DNA of 64,000 nt from Coleofasciculus chthonoplastes F2-STO-03 (lineage in GTDB: Bacteria; Cyanobacteriota; Cyanobacteriia; Cyanobacteriales; Coleofasciculaceae), in NCBI GenBank assembly GCA_040222015.1, contig JAVJWO010000193.1, positions 64,001-128,000 of the forward strand, given 5' to 3'. A model generated the notes under the pieces. That model made no database searches. It was given only the letters and a program-made list of their open reading frames with translations, and was not told where the DNA came from. This document shows positions 17,809 through 28,280 of the stretch, piece after piece. Both the position numbers and the translations under genes were made by a program. Numbering within the stretch: the stretch's first letter is position 1; each line of letters starts with the position of its first letter.

Positions 17809-19171
17809 AATCAACAAATTATACCGCACGAAAGTCAAACCATTTGCTGCCTTGATCATTGCCTTAATTGTATTTATTACATATTTTTACTATGCTTTGG
17901 TAAGCCATAGAACTCCCACAGGTGATGAGCCTCATTATGTATTAGCAACTATCAGTCTAATCAAAGACCATGATCTCAATCTACTTAATAATTATATCGA
18001 GCAAGATTATCTAGATTTTGCTCAATATGCTACTTTAGACATGCATGCGCGAGAATATCAAAAAGGTATCTTATTTCCTGTACACAGCTATTGGTTTAGT
18101 TTATTGCTCCTCCCATTCTATCTAATTGCTGGACTGCCCGGTATATACTTTTTTCTGGCTTCGCTTTTAGCGGTTAGCATATATCTAATCAATAAAATAA
18201 TGTGTTTTCTATTAGCCCCAGACAAACAGTACTTGGCTTACGGAAGTTCTTTAACCTTTGCCTTTATTGTACCTTTTGCCAGTTCTTCAATTACCATCTA
18301 TCCCTCCGTCCCGGGTACAGTATTAGTTTTACTGAGCTTATATTTTTATTGTAAATTTTTGAGGACAGACAAAACCGTTTATTTGGGGTATTCGCTATTA
18401 ACCATAGCTACGATAGAATTTTTGCATCATACTTATTTAATTATTTCAGTCGCCTGGGTTATTTATCTAGTTTTAAATTATTATAATAGACTCAGTAAGC
18501 GTATTTTTTTTGCGGTTGCACTCGTATACCTCGTATGGATAGTGACTCCCTATTTTTGGGGAGGAGATATATTTGTAGGTTCCCAAAAGGGTAATTTTAT
18601 TAATCTCCAAACATTCTTTAATCAATTTGCTTATCATAGTTTTAACCTTGAAATTGGGCTAATTTCCAATTCCCCTGTCTATGCCTTACTCGTTATCATT
18701 CCGATAATTTTAATAGTTTTAAGTAAACGAGTCAACCTATTATCTATCAAAGCATTACAGCTATCCTATGTCTCTCTAGTCTGCTTTTATTCCTTTGTCT
18801 GCTTACATCAAATAACGCCAGGAGAGTCACCAATTGCCCGATATTTTGTACCCGTGTTACCCCTAGTATTTATTAGCATAGTTTATGCTATTTCCCTGAG
18901 TTATTTTACGGAATTACTATTTTGTATTTTAGTAGCATATAGCTTTCTAATTGGTATCGTAATTTTTGATACTAGATGTAATGTATTATCTTGCCATAGT
19001 TGGATTGTAGAAAGATTACAAGAATGGACGGGGAGCAAACTACTCTTTCAAATTAGCTATTTTGATGACTATCAATTAGCTGGTATTTTTATTTTTAGTG
19101 GATTCCTCGCGACTCTAGTTGTGAATCAATTATTTTTGTCCGCTAAAAACTTTTTAAATTATCAGCAATAA
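17792..19171 (+). CDS. Polytopic membrane protein, probable GT-C glycosyltransferase
   Basis: TGDEPHY motif after first TM, many TM helices, RYFVPVLP. Confidence 0.65.
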   Translation: MTALNKINKLYRTKVKPFAALIIALIVFITYFYYALVSHRTPTGDEPHYVLATISLIKDHDLNLLNNYIEQDYLDFAQYATLDMHAREYQKGILFPVHSYWFSLLLLPFYLIAGLPGIYFFLASLLAVSIYLINKIMCFLLAPDKQYLAYGSSLTFAFIVPFASSSITIYPSVPGTVLVLLSLYFYCKFLRTDKTVYLGYSLLTIATIEFLHHTYLIISVAWVIYLVLNYYNRLSKRIFFAVALVYLVWIVTPYFWGGDIFVGSQKGNFINLQTFFNQFAYHSFNLEIGLISNSPVYALLVIIPIILIVLSKRVNLLSIKALQLSYVSLVCFYSFVCLHQITPGESPIARYFVPVLPLVFISIVYAISLSYFTELLFCILVAYSFLIGIVIFDTRCNVLSCHSWIVERLQEWTGSKLLFQISYFDDYQLAGIFIFSGFLATLVVNQLFLSAKNFLNYQQ

Positions 19172-19204
19172 TTTTCATCACCAGTACTACCAATAGAATT
19201 AAAC

Positions 19205-19897
19205 ATGAAACTATCAGTGATCATACCTTGCTATAACGAAGTAGGAACCATTGGTAAAGTTATTGAATCGGTAAAAGCATCTCCCGTGAGAGATATTGAA
19301 ATTATTATAGTTGACGACTGTTCAAAAGACGGTACAAGAGAACTCCTACAATCAAAACTAGAAGCCCAGGTTGATCGTGTCATTTACCATCGAAAAAATC
19401 AAGGCAAAGGAGCCGCTTTACGCAGCGGATTTGCTGCGGCAACGGGAGATATTGTAATTGTTCAAGATGCTGATCTAGAATACGATCCTCACGAATATCC
19501 GATAATGATCAATCCTATCCTTAAGGATAAAGCCGATGTTGTTTTTGGCTCGCGCTTTCAAGGAGGTAGACCTCACCGAGTTGTGTATTATTGGCACATG
19601 GTAGGCAACAAGTTTTTAACCACCTTGTCAAATATGCTCACGAATATCAATTTAACCGATATGGAAAGTTGCTATAAGGCATTTCGACGAGAGATTATTC
19701 AATCCATCAACATCAAAGAAAATCGATTTGGCTTTGAACCCGAAATAACGGCAAAGGTGGCGAAAACGAATTGTCGTATTTACGAAGTTGGCATATCCTA
19801 TTATGGTCGAACCTATAAGGAAGGTAAAAAAATAGGATGGAAAGATGGGGTTATAGCCATTTATTGTATCCTGAAGTACAATGTTTTCAGAAATTGA
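19205..19897 (+). CDS. GT2 polyprenol-phosphate glycosyltransferase (DPM1-like)
   Basis: [45 protein letters not shown]. Confidence 0.92.
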   Translation: MKLSVIIPCYNEVGTIGKVIESVKASPVRDIEIIIVDDCSKDGTRELLQSKLEAQVDRVIYHRKNQGKGAALRSGFAAATGDIVIVQDADLEYDPHEYPIMINPILKDKADVVFGSRFQGGRPHRVVYYWHMVGNKFLTTLSNMLTNINLTDMESCYKAFRREIIQSINIKENRFGFEPEITAKVAKTNCRIYEVGISYYGRTYKEGKKIGWKDGVIAIYCILKYNVFRN

Positions 19898-19920
19898 AAT
19901 TTTTCTAGTAATTTTTTATT

Positions 19921-21756
19921 GTGATTTTGGGTTACTGTATCATGAATGTATTCAGGGAATTAAATAAATTTAACTATAAATTGAATGAAATTTCTCCAAA
20001 AGTAAAATGCATGATTATATTTTTTATTAGCTTGACAATTTATTTAATAAATGATCGGACAATTAGCTCAGGTGATACCGTCCCTAACTCACTGTTGGTA
20101 TTTAATTTATTAGAAAATAAAACCTTAAACTTTGATGCATTTAGAACCAGCTATTTTGCCAACGGTGGTTCTTTACATTATTCTTTTGTAGAAGCACAGA
20201 ATGGACATTTGACATCGGTTTACCCCATAGGTGCAGCAATTTTAACGTCACCTATATACGTAATTTTTTATGGTTTTTTAAAGCTGTTTCATGTTTCCGT
20301 TGAATTAACGCAGTCAAGTTTTGAACCCTATAGATTGTTTTTTGAAAAGCTGGCAGCAACTTTAGTAACTGCCAGTTCTGTTGTGGTCTTTTACTTAGCC
20401 ACTAAATTGAAATTTAGCGAAAAAATTGCAGTTATTTCAACTTTCATATTTGCTTTTGCTACAAATACATGGATGACGAGTTCTCAAGGTTTATGGCAAC
20501 ATGGATCATCTAACTTAGCCGTTATCGTAATTATATTCTGTTTGCTCAAAGTTAATCATACGACTGTTCAAAAAAAGAAATTTTCATTCTTAATTGTTGC
20601 GGGAATAATGGAGGGATTGTTGCCGATAATTCGTCCCACAAGTACATTATTTTTAGTCGCAGCTTTAGCATACTCTGTGGTAATAAATCGATTCAATACT
20701 TTGTTTTTTTTGTTAGGAATGCTGTCAATATCGCCAGGTTTAATGTGGAACAGTTACTACTTTAATAACTTAACAGGAGGATATTCCCAGGTTGGTCGAT
20801 CTTGGTATTCATTTACTCTCGATACTTTTTTAGAATCTTCATTAGGTACTTTAATAAGCCCCAGTCGGGGTGTTTTAATATTTTCTCCAATCCTCATCTA
20901 TTCTTTTATCGGAGCCTACAAACTATTTAAACATAGATTTAGGAAAGATGAGCAATTAATACTATGCATGACGACTGCCGTTATACTATTATTTTTGAAT
21001 TATTGTTTTTATCTTGTGTGGTGGGCTGGACATAGTTATGGTCCAAGGTTCATGACCGATATTATGCCTGTTGCTTGCTATCTCATAAATTACTCTCTGA
21101 TTGATGTCAGCCAAAAACCTGTTATTTATAAAAAGAGAATTTTTAGTTATTTTGTATTTTTATCACTGCTGATGTTTTCGTTATTTACTCAGATTGTAGG
21201 CGCATTTGGTCATAAAGGTTTTGATTGGAATGGTTATCCTCTCAACATAGATACCTACAGATTCAGACTCTGGCAACTAAAAGATAATCAGATAGAAAGA
21301 CACGCCAATGCATTATTCCACAGAATATTTGCTCCTCCTGTAAAGACTAACAAATATATCAATGGTTTGAGTGGAAGTATAGAAGCGATAGAATTTGCTA
21401 ATCAAAAAACTACAAATAAAAATTTGATTCTGTCAGCAAAATCAAAAATTTTACTAAAAGCTAAAGTAAAAAATACAGGGTATTCTCAATGGTTTGGCTA
21501 TCAGTCAGCGATTCGTAAAGGAGAAACCCGCGTCAGAGTTGTTTTCTACGATATCCAGAACAATTTAGTCAAAGAAAGCTACTTATATGTATCAGGTTTA
21601 GTCAGTCAAGGCGAGACAACCCAAGCAATTGGAACGGTTATTATTCCTGAACAACCAGGAGTATACAACATGGTTTTGGAATTGGTTTCTGATCATAACG
21701 TCATGTTTCCAGAAAATCATGGAAATCCCTATAATTTACAGGTTGTGGTAAAATAA
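19921..21756 (+). CDS. Polytopic membrane protein, probable GT-C glycosyltransferase with soluble C-terminal domain
   Basis: SGDT, LWQHG, SPSRG...FSP, WWAGHSYGPRF motifs; start may be ATG at 19942. Confidence 0.65.
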   Translation: MILGYCIMNVFRELNKFNYKLNEISPKVKCMIIFFISLTIYLINDRTISSGDTVPNSLLVFNLLENKTLNFDAFRTSYFANGGSLHYSFVEAQNGHLTSVYPIGAAILTSPIYVIFYGFLKLFHVSVELTQSSFEPYRLFFEKLAATLVTASSVVVFYLATKLKFSEKIAVISTFIFAFATNTWMTSSQGLWQHGSSNLAVIVIIFCLLKVNHTTVQKKKFSFLIVAGIMEGLLPIIRPTSTLFLVAALAYSVVINRFNTLFFLLGMLSISPGLMWNSYYFNNLTGGYSQVGRSWYSFTLDTFLESSLGTLISPSRGVLIFSPILIYSFIGAYKLFKHRFRKDEQLILCMTTAVILLFLNYCFYLVWWAGHSYGPRFMTDIMPVACYLINYSLIDVSQKPVIYKKRIFSYFVFLSLLMFSLFTQIVGAFGHKGFDWNGYPLNIDTYRFRLWQLKDNQIERHANALFHRIFAPPVKTNKYINGLSGSIEAIEFANQKTTNKNLILSAKSKILLKAKVKNTGYSQWFGYQSAIRKGETRVRVVFYDIQNNLVKESYLYVSGLVSQGETTQAIGTVIIPEQPGVYNMVLELVSDHNVMFPENHGNPYNLQVVVK

Positions 21757-21863
21757 TATCTTAAATTAGCAAACATCTATTAAATTAGATAAAATCGGGT
21801 TAAAGCAATGAAAATCAATACTACATTTTTTTGAACAACCCCCCAGTAAGTTGATGACTATTT

Positions 21864-23015
21864 ATGTATCACATTGGAATTGATGTTACTCCTCTATCCA
21901 GTAAACCCAGTGGGATCAGTTTTTACGTGGCCAACCTAATCCGTTATCTTTATCCTCTCCAATACCACAAAAATTTTCAACTTGCATTAATTTACCAACC
22001 TAGACTCAGAAACTGGCTACGCCGCTGCCGAGATTTTCCCAACTCACTTTCTAGCTATTCAAACCGCTATTTTCTGCCTTTACCCGTTAGAATTACTAAC
22101 ATTATTCTTGATTACTTTCCCGGCATTTTCTCAAGCCATCTCGGACATGATCTGGACTATCCCACAATTGTACATGGGACGAACTATACCATTTTTCCTT
22201 ATCCGAATACTCTAAAAGTCATGACGATTTATGACCTTACCTTTATTAAATATCCTGATTATATTGATTCTGTGGTTAAGACCTATTCAAAGCGCGTACA
22301 AAAATGTTTAACTTGGACTGATTTAGTGATCACAATCTCCGAAAGCTCCAAAAATGATATTATAGAATATCTCAACGTTAATCCCAACCGCATCCACGTC
22401 ACGCCCCTAGCCAGCCGCTACTCTTCTGATGACCTATTTATTCCATCCAACCCATCCGTTAACTACGACTTCTCCCACCCCTATATTCTCTTTGTCAGCA
22501 CCATCGAACCGAGAAAAAATGTCACCACCCTAATTTCGGCTTTTAACTATCTTAAACAAAAACATAAAATCGAGCATCATCTAATTATTATTGGTCAAAA
22601 AGGCTGGCATCACAAACCTATATTTGCCGCCATTGAAAACTCTCCCTGGACTCATCATATTCATCATCTGGACTACCTTTCAGATGAACTTGTCGCCCTT
22701 TTCTACTCTAAAGCTGATGTCTTTGTTTATCCCTCCCACTACGAAGGCTTTGGTCTTCCGGTTCTCGAAGCCATGACCCTGGGCGCACCTGTGGTTACCT
22801 CCAATACCTCCTCTCTTCCGGAAGTCGCTGGAGATGCAGCCCTTCTCATTGACCCTAATGACCCAATCCAATTAGCTGAGGCTATCTTAAAAATTATCAG
22901 TGACACCCAATTCCGCCAGGACTTAATTCAAAAGGGCAAAGCAAGAGCTAAACTATTCTCTTGGGAAAGAACGGCGAAAGAAACCCTAAACGCCTATAAA
23001 TCTCTACTCAGTTAA
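21864..23015 (+). CDS. GT4 glycosyltransferase (WbpY/MtfB-like)
   Basis: [30 protein letters not shown]. Confidence 0.92.
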   Translation: MYHIGIDVTPLSSKPSGISFYVANLIRYLYPLQYHKNFQLALIYQPRLRNWLRRCRDFPNSLSSYSNRYFLPLPVRITNIILDYFPGIFSSHLGHDLDYPTIVHGTNYTIFPYPNTLKVMTIYDLTFIKYPDYIDSVVKTYSKRVQKCLTWTDLVITISESSKNDIIEYLNVNPNRIHVTPLASRYSSDDLFIPSNPSVNYDFSHPYILFVSTIEPRKNVTTLISAFNYLKQKHKIEHHLIIIGQKGWHHKPIFAAIENSPWTHHIHHLDYLSDELVALFYSKADVFVYPSHYEGFGLPVLEAMTLGAPVVTSNTSSLPEVAGDAALLIDPNDPIQLAEAILKIISDTQFRQDLIQKGKARAKLFSWERTAKETLNAYKSLLS

Positions 23016-23041
23016 TAAATTCTTCAATCAATTATTCAACC

Positions 23042-24199
23042 TTGTCTTCTCCCCTATTAATCAACCTCTCCATCCTCTTTTCCCAACCCACTGGCATCGC
23101 CACGTATGCTGCCAACGTATTCCCCTACTTAAAACCCCTGAATCCCACTCTGCTCATTTCACCCGTCGCGTCAAACCACTTCCCCCTCGCCTCTAACTTT
23201 CACAGCTACCCTGTTCCCGCCAATCTCAGCCCCGCCCACGGAACAAAAGGACACTTCCGTCGCCTGTTATGGACTCAACTCCAACTTCCCCGCCTCTACC
23301 AAAGCTTAAACTCTTCCCTCCTCTTTTCTCCCATCCCCGAAGCCCCCCTTAATAGCAAGTGTCGCTATGTGGTAATGGTTCATGACCTAATCCCACTACG
23401 CTTTCCCAAACCTAACTCTCCCCTCACCCCCTACTTCCGTTACTATATCCCCCAAGTCCTCACCCAAGCCCAACACATTGTTTGTAACTCCACCGCCACC
23501 GCCAGAGACATTACCGACTATTACCCCATCCCCGCCACCAAAATCACGCCCATTCCCCTAGCTTACGACGCCAACCACTTTCGCCCCCTCTGCGCCCCTC
23601 TGCGTCAACCTCTGCGCCCCTCTGCGTTTCAAAACAATCCCAATGAAGCAACTCCAGCTAACGATAACCCCTACTTCCTCTACATTGGACGCCATGACCC
23701 CTATAAAAACCTACACCGACTGATCAACGCCTTTGCCACACTTCCCAACTGCGGCGACTATGAACTGTGGATCGCGGGGTCAAGTGACAAACGATACACC
23801 CCTAACCTTCAAGCCCAAGCCAACCACCTCGGTTTAAACCATCAGGTTAAATTCCTCAACTATGTTCCCTACAACCAACTGCCCATACTTCTAAATAACG
23901 CGATCGCACTTATCTTCCCCAGCCTCTGGGAAGGCTTTGGACTCCCGGTTCTAGAAGCCATGGCGTGTGGGACTCCCGTAATCACCTCCAACCTCTCCGC
24001 CCTCCCCGAAGTCGCAGGCGACGCGGCTATCCTAGTGAACCCCTACAACACCCTGGAACTCACCGCCGCCATGCACTCTATCGCCACCGACAGCCAACTG
24101 CGATCGCGCCTTAGCACCCTCGGACTTCAACGTGCCCGTCAATTCAGGTGGGCAAAAACTGGACAGAAAACGATTGAAGTCCTGCAAAACTATCTTTAA
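23042..24199 (+). CDS. GT4 glycosyltransferase (WbpY/MtfB-like) with short repeat insertion
   Basis: [28 protein letters not shown]. Confidence 0.92.
   Translation: MSSPLLINLSILFSQPTGIATYAANVFPYLKPLNPTLLISPVASNHFPLASNFHSYPVPANLSPAHGTKGHFRRLLWTQLQLPRLYQSLNSSLLFSPIPEAPLNSKCRYVVMVHDLIPLRFPKPNSPLTPYFRYYIPQVLTQAQHIVCNSTATARDITDYYPIPATKITPIPLAYDANHFRPLCAPLRQPLRPSAFQNNPNEATPANDNPYFLYIGRHDPYKNLHRLINAFATLPNCGDYELWIAGSSDKRYTPNLQAQANHLGLNHQVKFLNYVPYNQLPILLNNAIALIFPSLWEGFGLPVLEAMACGTPVITSNLSALPEVAGDAAILVNPYNTLELTAAMHSIATDSQLRSRLSTLGLQRARQFRWAKTGQKTIEVLQNYL
23582..23628 (+). repeat. CCTCTGCG-unit short tandem repeat inside the GT4 CDS
   Basis: Four CTCTGCG units encoding [16 protein letters not shown]. 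Confidence 0.7.
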
Positions 24200-24287
24200 A
24201 AAAAAAGAGGGATTTACCCTCTGTTCAAACCAAAAAAATTCTTGCCCAAAAAATTCTTGGATGTATAAACCTGTCCTGACGCCGGAA

Positions 24288-25259
24288 TTACTCTTCCGTC
24301 GCTGACACAAACTCTTCTTCTTCAATCCCCTCTTCTTGAGATTCAGGATTAACGCCTTCTTGTTGTGCCAGCATCTTCTCCCGATACTTCTGAGCCATTT
24401 CTTCTGCCTTATCGTAGACTTGATCCCGATTGTTGATCATATCTCCCGGTTCAGGTTCCAACTGCTTTGTTGACAGCGAAATCCGACCGCGTTCGGCATC
24501 CAAGTCAATGATCATCACTTTCAATTCATCATTGACATTAAACACACTATGAGGCGTGTCAATATGATCATGAGAAATTTCCGAAATGTGGAGCAATCCG
24601 CTCACACCACCAATATCAATGAACGCACCGTAAGGCTTAATACCCCGTACTGAACCAACGACCACTTCACCAACTTCTAAACGGTTCATCTTGCGCTCAA
24701 CCAAAGCGCGACGGTGAGAGAGAACCAAACGGTTTCGGTCTTCGTCTACCTCTAAGAATTTCAGTGGCAGTTCTTCGCCAACTAAATCTTCTTTCGGTTT
24801 GCGAGTGCTAATGTGGGAACCGGGAATAAAACCTCGTAGCCCTTCAATGCGAACCAGCGCCCCACCTCGGTTTGTGGCAAAAACCAAAGAACGAACGGTC
24901 GCGTCTTCAGTTTGAAGCTGGCGCACCCGCTCCCAAGCCCGCATATACTCAATACGCCGAATGGAAAGGGTGAGTTGTCCATCTTCATTCTCGTCAGTCA
25001 AAATGAAAAATTCTCGCGTTTCATTTGACTGCAAAACTTCTTCGGGAGCGTCAACCCGATTAATTGACATCTCCTGTATGGGAATATAAGCGGCGGTTTT
25101 AGCACCAATGTCAATCAGAGCGCCTCTTGGCTCCAGACTGAATACTGTACCTGCGACAATATCACCAGGGCTAAAGTGATAATCATATTTGTCGAGGAGG
25201 GCGGCAAAATCGTCGTGAGTGAAGCCAATATCTATTGTATTTGTGTTCTGACTGAGCAT
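24288..25259 (-). CDS. rps1: 30S ribosomal protein S1
   Basis: IGFTHDDFAALLDKYDYHF and three S1 domains; ATG at 25259. Confidence 0.96.
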   Translation of the reverse strand: MLSQNTNTIDIGFTHDDFAALLDKYDYHFSPGDIVAGTVFSLEPRGALIDIGAKTAAYIPIQEMSINRVDAPEEVLQSNETREFFILTDENEDGQLTLSIRRIEYMRAWERVRQLQTEDATVRSLVFATNRGGALVRIEGLRGFIPGSHISTRKPKEDLVGEELPLKFLEVDEDRNRLVLSHRRALVERKMNRLEVGEVVVGSVRGIKPYGAFIDIGGVSGLLHISEISHDHIDTPHSVFNVNDELKVMIIDLDAERGRISLSTKQLEPEPGDMINNRDQVYDKAEEMAQKYREKMLAQQEGVNPESQEEGIEEEEFVSATEE

Positions 25260-25421
25260 GTGCGTTGTGTTTCCTTGTTTAATCTCCGTAATGACTATGC
25301 CTCCTGTCGATGTACTCGCACGTCGGTATTGTGCCACCTACACCTACATTGCTTTGTCTCAACCTAACCTTATTTTAAAAGATTTAATAAAGTCCAGACA
25401 GGTAATTATAACTCAATCTGG

Positions 25422-27130
25422 ATTACCGCTCATTCGTGTATGGACAAAACTACCCAAAGCTAGATAATTTGACCATATCGCATCCTAGCGGCTAGATGCT
25501 ATTGCCTGTTCAAAGTGCCTGACGGCTTGCCTCTGACTCGATCTGAGTTACAGACTCAATCAGAGGCTTGACCTTGAACTCCCAGTTAGAGACACTGTAG
25601 AAGTCATGGCGTGACATCCCAGTGAGGACTTTATTCAGTTGGTTGATCCCGCTCCATACGTGCTTACGCGGATTCACTCCGAGCAAGGCGGTTATGGAGC
25701 GGGGTAATCGTTCAGACAAATTCATGGCTCTACGTGCCAATACTAATGCGGCAGCTTCATCGCTCCCCATACCATACATTCGAGCATATTTCACCAAAGC
25801 TAAGAAGCTAGACCATGCTGGATTACGGCGAATGACTTCAATTCCTGCATTCCCACATTGCAACACTAATTGCTCTATAAATCGACTGTAGGCAAAGTTT
25901 GACAACATTCGAGAATACTTTTTACCACGCTCACGTAATTGTGTTTTTTTAGTGTTGAAGTCGAGATTCTCAAAGCAAATTGGCACTCCAAAGTACAAAG
26001 CCAGATTTACCAATGAATTGCAAACATCCGCAATAATGGCGATGGTTTGACCGCGCCGTTTAGAACTGACATCAAACGATAAACGTCCTTTAGTAACCAA
26101 ATTCCCGTCATGATCTACCGCAGCATAGCCAATAGATTTTGGATTGATGTCAATCCCAATACAACCATATTGCCGAGGTTTGGTGACTCGCTTCGGTACA
26201 CTCAGGTCAACTGTGACTGCCCAAAACCAGCGCAAATCCTTGGCGTAGAATCGGTGCGTCATTGCCACGCCGTAGCGGATTGGCGTTTGATATCCGGTCT
26301 TCTTATTCGTAGTGAATCCAGGCGTTGACAATGCTTGTTCTAGTTTGTTCTGACCATAAGGAAACGGATCAACCGAACATTCTAATATCTCACCATACTT
26401 TGTTTTTAGGCATTCTGGAACACGGAGCTTGAGGGTAGCACCATCGAATTGAAAAACCTGATTACCACAGGTTTCACCTTTGGAACCGAGAAAGAGGCAG
26501 TCAGGTTGTTTACTGATAGTGACTTGAATCGGAGCTGTTTTTAATGCTGATATTTGACTTTCTAGGTGCGTGATGTATCGCTTTTTGTGATGAATAGCAA
26601 ATCGCTTACTTTGCCATGAGGTTCTGTGCGTATCAAGGTAACAGAACAGTTTTAGATTTGTCGATTGTTTTTTGTTTTGCCACTTGCCAGAGTAATGCTT
26701 ACGAGAGTCTTTTAACGACTTTTCAGCCCTGCGTAACCAGTCTTTAGCCGATTTGAGCTTGCCTTCGAGTTGCTTAATGTGGTTGACATGGCATTTCTTA
26801 GCAGAGTCAATTTTCCCATCTGCATCTGCAATCACCGCGCCGGCTTGACGCTTGTTGATTTTGAAAGTCTGTTGAATTAGTGTGTTTAGCTTTGATTTGT
26901 TGCTGAAACCTTTAAGACGCTGATTGACAGTGAAGATCAAGGCAAACCGATAAACCTCGCTGTAATCAGCTATGAAATTTTGCACAATGACAGGCAATTG
27001 ATCGGTTGCGTAAGTCTTCATAACCATTCATTTTCTTGAGATAAATCATCCATAATGCTACCAAGTTAATGACTTACCTCAATATATAGACGTTCCGGGA
27101 GTTTTGTCTAGTTCTGGGTAGAAATTACCG
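25422..27130 (-). mobile_element. Non-autonomous IS607-like element carrying only tnpB
   Basis: ATTACCG direct repeat at 25422-25428 and 27124-27130; shared subterminal motifs (CTACCCA..CTAG, GACAAAACT) inverted at the two ends; sits between nrdR and rps1. Confidence 0.65.
25510..27027 (-). CDS. tnpB: TnpB-family RNA-guided endonuclease-like protein (505 aa, no zinc finger)
   Basis: RuvC-I CIGIDIN, RuvC-II ICFENLDF, LSNFAYSRF, NPAWSS, SDEAAALVLARR. Confidence 0.85.
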   Translation of the reverse strand: MVMKTYATDQLPVIVQNFIADYSEVYRFALIFTVNQRLKGFSNKSKLNTLIQQTFKINKRQAGAVIADADGKIDSAKKCHVNHIKQLEGKLKSAKDWLRRAEKSLKDSRKHYSGKWQNKKQSTNLKLFCYLDTHRTSWQSKRFAIHHKKRYITHLESQISALKTAPIQVTISKQPDCLFLGSKGETCGNQVFQFDGATLKLRVPECLKTKYGEILECSVDPFPYGQNKLEQALSTPGFTTNKKTGYQTPIRYGVAMTHRFYAKDLRWFWAVTVDLSVPKRVTKPRQYGCIGIDINPKSIGYAAVDHDGNLVTKGRLSFDVSSKRRGQTIAIIADVCNSLVNLALYFGVPICFENLDFNTKKTQLRERGKKYSRMLSNFAYSRFIEQLVLQCGNAGIEVIRRNPAWSSFLALVKYARMYGMGSDEAAALVLARRAMNLSERLPRSITALLGVNPRKHVWSGINQLNKVLTGMSRHDFYSVSNWEFKVKPLIESVTQIESEASRQAL

Positions 27131-27240
27131 AACAGCTTCTAACCCCTGTTGAGATCGAGAATTACACAAAACTTTATAAAGATAGATTATCCTAAATCGC
27201 GAACTGATCAAACTGCTGTCTGCTAAGGATTGGGCGTCCC

Positions 27241-27813
27241 TTACTGTAAAACCTGTTGCTCCTCTGAGGTGGGAATAACCAGGGAGGCTGATGTCTCCGA
27301 ATCATCAGACTCGTTGGGGATAGCGGGTGGTATAGGCGACATCCCTGGCTTGTCTAGTTCAGCATTATTTCTGAGATGCTCTAGGGTTTCGATAAAATCG
27401 CGAATGCCCTGAAACTTCCGATAAACTGAGGCAAACCGGACATACGCTACTTCACTCTCGTGTCGTAGGTAGCGCAGGACTAACTCACCCACTTCATCAC
27501 TGGTGACATCCCGCCCATAGTGCTGCTGAACTTCAGCTTCAATCTCATCGACTATCGCTTCTAGGCGTCGTTGGGAAACTCCTGTTTTCTCACAAGCTCG
27601 CACCATTCCCCGTAATAACTTAGAACGGTCGAAAGATTCTCGCTTACCATCCCGCTTCAGAACAGTAATCGGCACAAATTCAATCCGCTCATAAGTCGTG
27701 AAGCGATGTTTACAAAGCAAACACTCCCGACGACGCCGAACACTTTGTCCTGCTTCTGTTGAACGAGACTCCAAAACGCGGCTGTCGGTGTGCTGACAAT
27801 AGGGGCATCGCAT
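27241..27813 (-). CDS. nrdR: Transcriptional repressor NrdR
   Basis: MRCPYC...[11 protein letters not shown]...FTTYER, ATP cone, [10 protein letters not shown]. Confidence 0.97.
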   Translation of the reverse strand: MRCPYCQHTDSRVLESRSTEAGQSVRRRRECLLCKHRFTTYERIEFVPITVLKRDGKRESFDRSKLLRGMVRACEKTGVSQRRLEAIVDEIEAEVQQHYGRDVTSDEVGELVLRYLRHESEVAYVRFASVYRKFQGIRDFIETLEHLRNNAELDKPGMSPIPPAIPNESDDSETSASLVIPTSEEQQVLQ

Positions 27814-27851
27814 AATAGCAAGTCTTTTCCGACTGGTTAAATACAGAAAAT

Positions 27852-27931
27852 TGAGCCGATACGAGTCTATCTAATGTCCTCCTGCTCAAATCCCTGTCGG
27901 CAAAAGTAATCAGATAGACTCATGTAGGCTC
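27852..27931. other. Long imperfect inverted repeat upstream of nrdR
   Basis: TGAGCC-GATAC-GAGTCTATCT ... AGATAGACTC-ATGTA-GGCTCA. Confidence 0.6.
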
Positions 27932-28025
27932 AGGGTATCCTAGAAAGCTGATCAAATTCACGATTAATCATAATCATCAGGGAGACGATGGCGCTCTTCC
28001 GGAGAGAAGACAGCGCCACAGGGAT

Positions 28026-28121
28026 CTACTTTTCAATCCGAGGCGGTTCCCGGAACGCGATCGCAAAAAACAGAACGCCTAGAGCGCCAATCAAAACAAA
28101 GATATAAATGAGGCTTTCCAT
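28026..28121 (-). CDS. psbT: Photosystem II reaction center protein T (not in ORF track)
   Basis: Manual translation [31 protein letters not shown], directly downstream of psbB. Confidence 0.97.
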   Translation of the reverse strand: MESLIYIFVLIGALGVLFFAIAFREPPRIEK

Positions 28122-28189
28122 GTCACAACTTACCCAATTATCTGCTGTACTACCAGTTTACCTTGCTCAGTCAACCAGAATAGCGAAAG

Positions 28190-28221
28190 AGGCAAAAGAA
28201 AAATTAATTTTTCTTTTGCCC
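28190..28221 (-). terminator. Hairpin downstream of psbB
   Basis: GGCAAAAGAAAAATT-AATTTTTCTTTTGCC palindrome. Confidence 0.55.
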
Positions 28222-28233
28222 TCAATGATTATG

Positions 28234-28261
28234 GTAGAGACGCGCCATGGCGCGTCTCTAC
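28234..28261. repeat. Perfect 28-bp GTAG-REP-like palindrome
   Basis: GTAGAGACGCGCCATGGCGCGTCTCTAC, identical copy at 41622-41649. Confidence 0.9.
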
Positions 28262-28280
28262 GAGTAGGGGTCTGAAATGT

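Noticed and set aside
24288..25337. 349-aa extended Rps1 start
   Set aside because: Conserved cyanobacterial S1 N-terminus begins at the ATG at 25259
25340..27240. Type V CRISPR-Cas locus around the TnpB-like gene
   Set aside because: No repeat-spacer array or cas1/cas2 nearby; ends look like an insertion sequence
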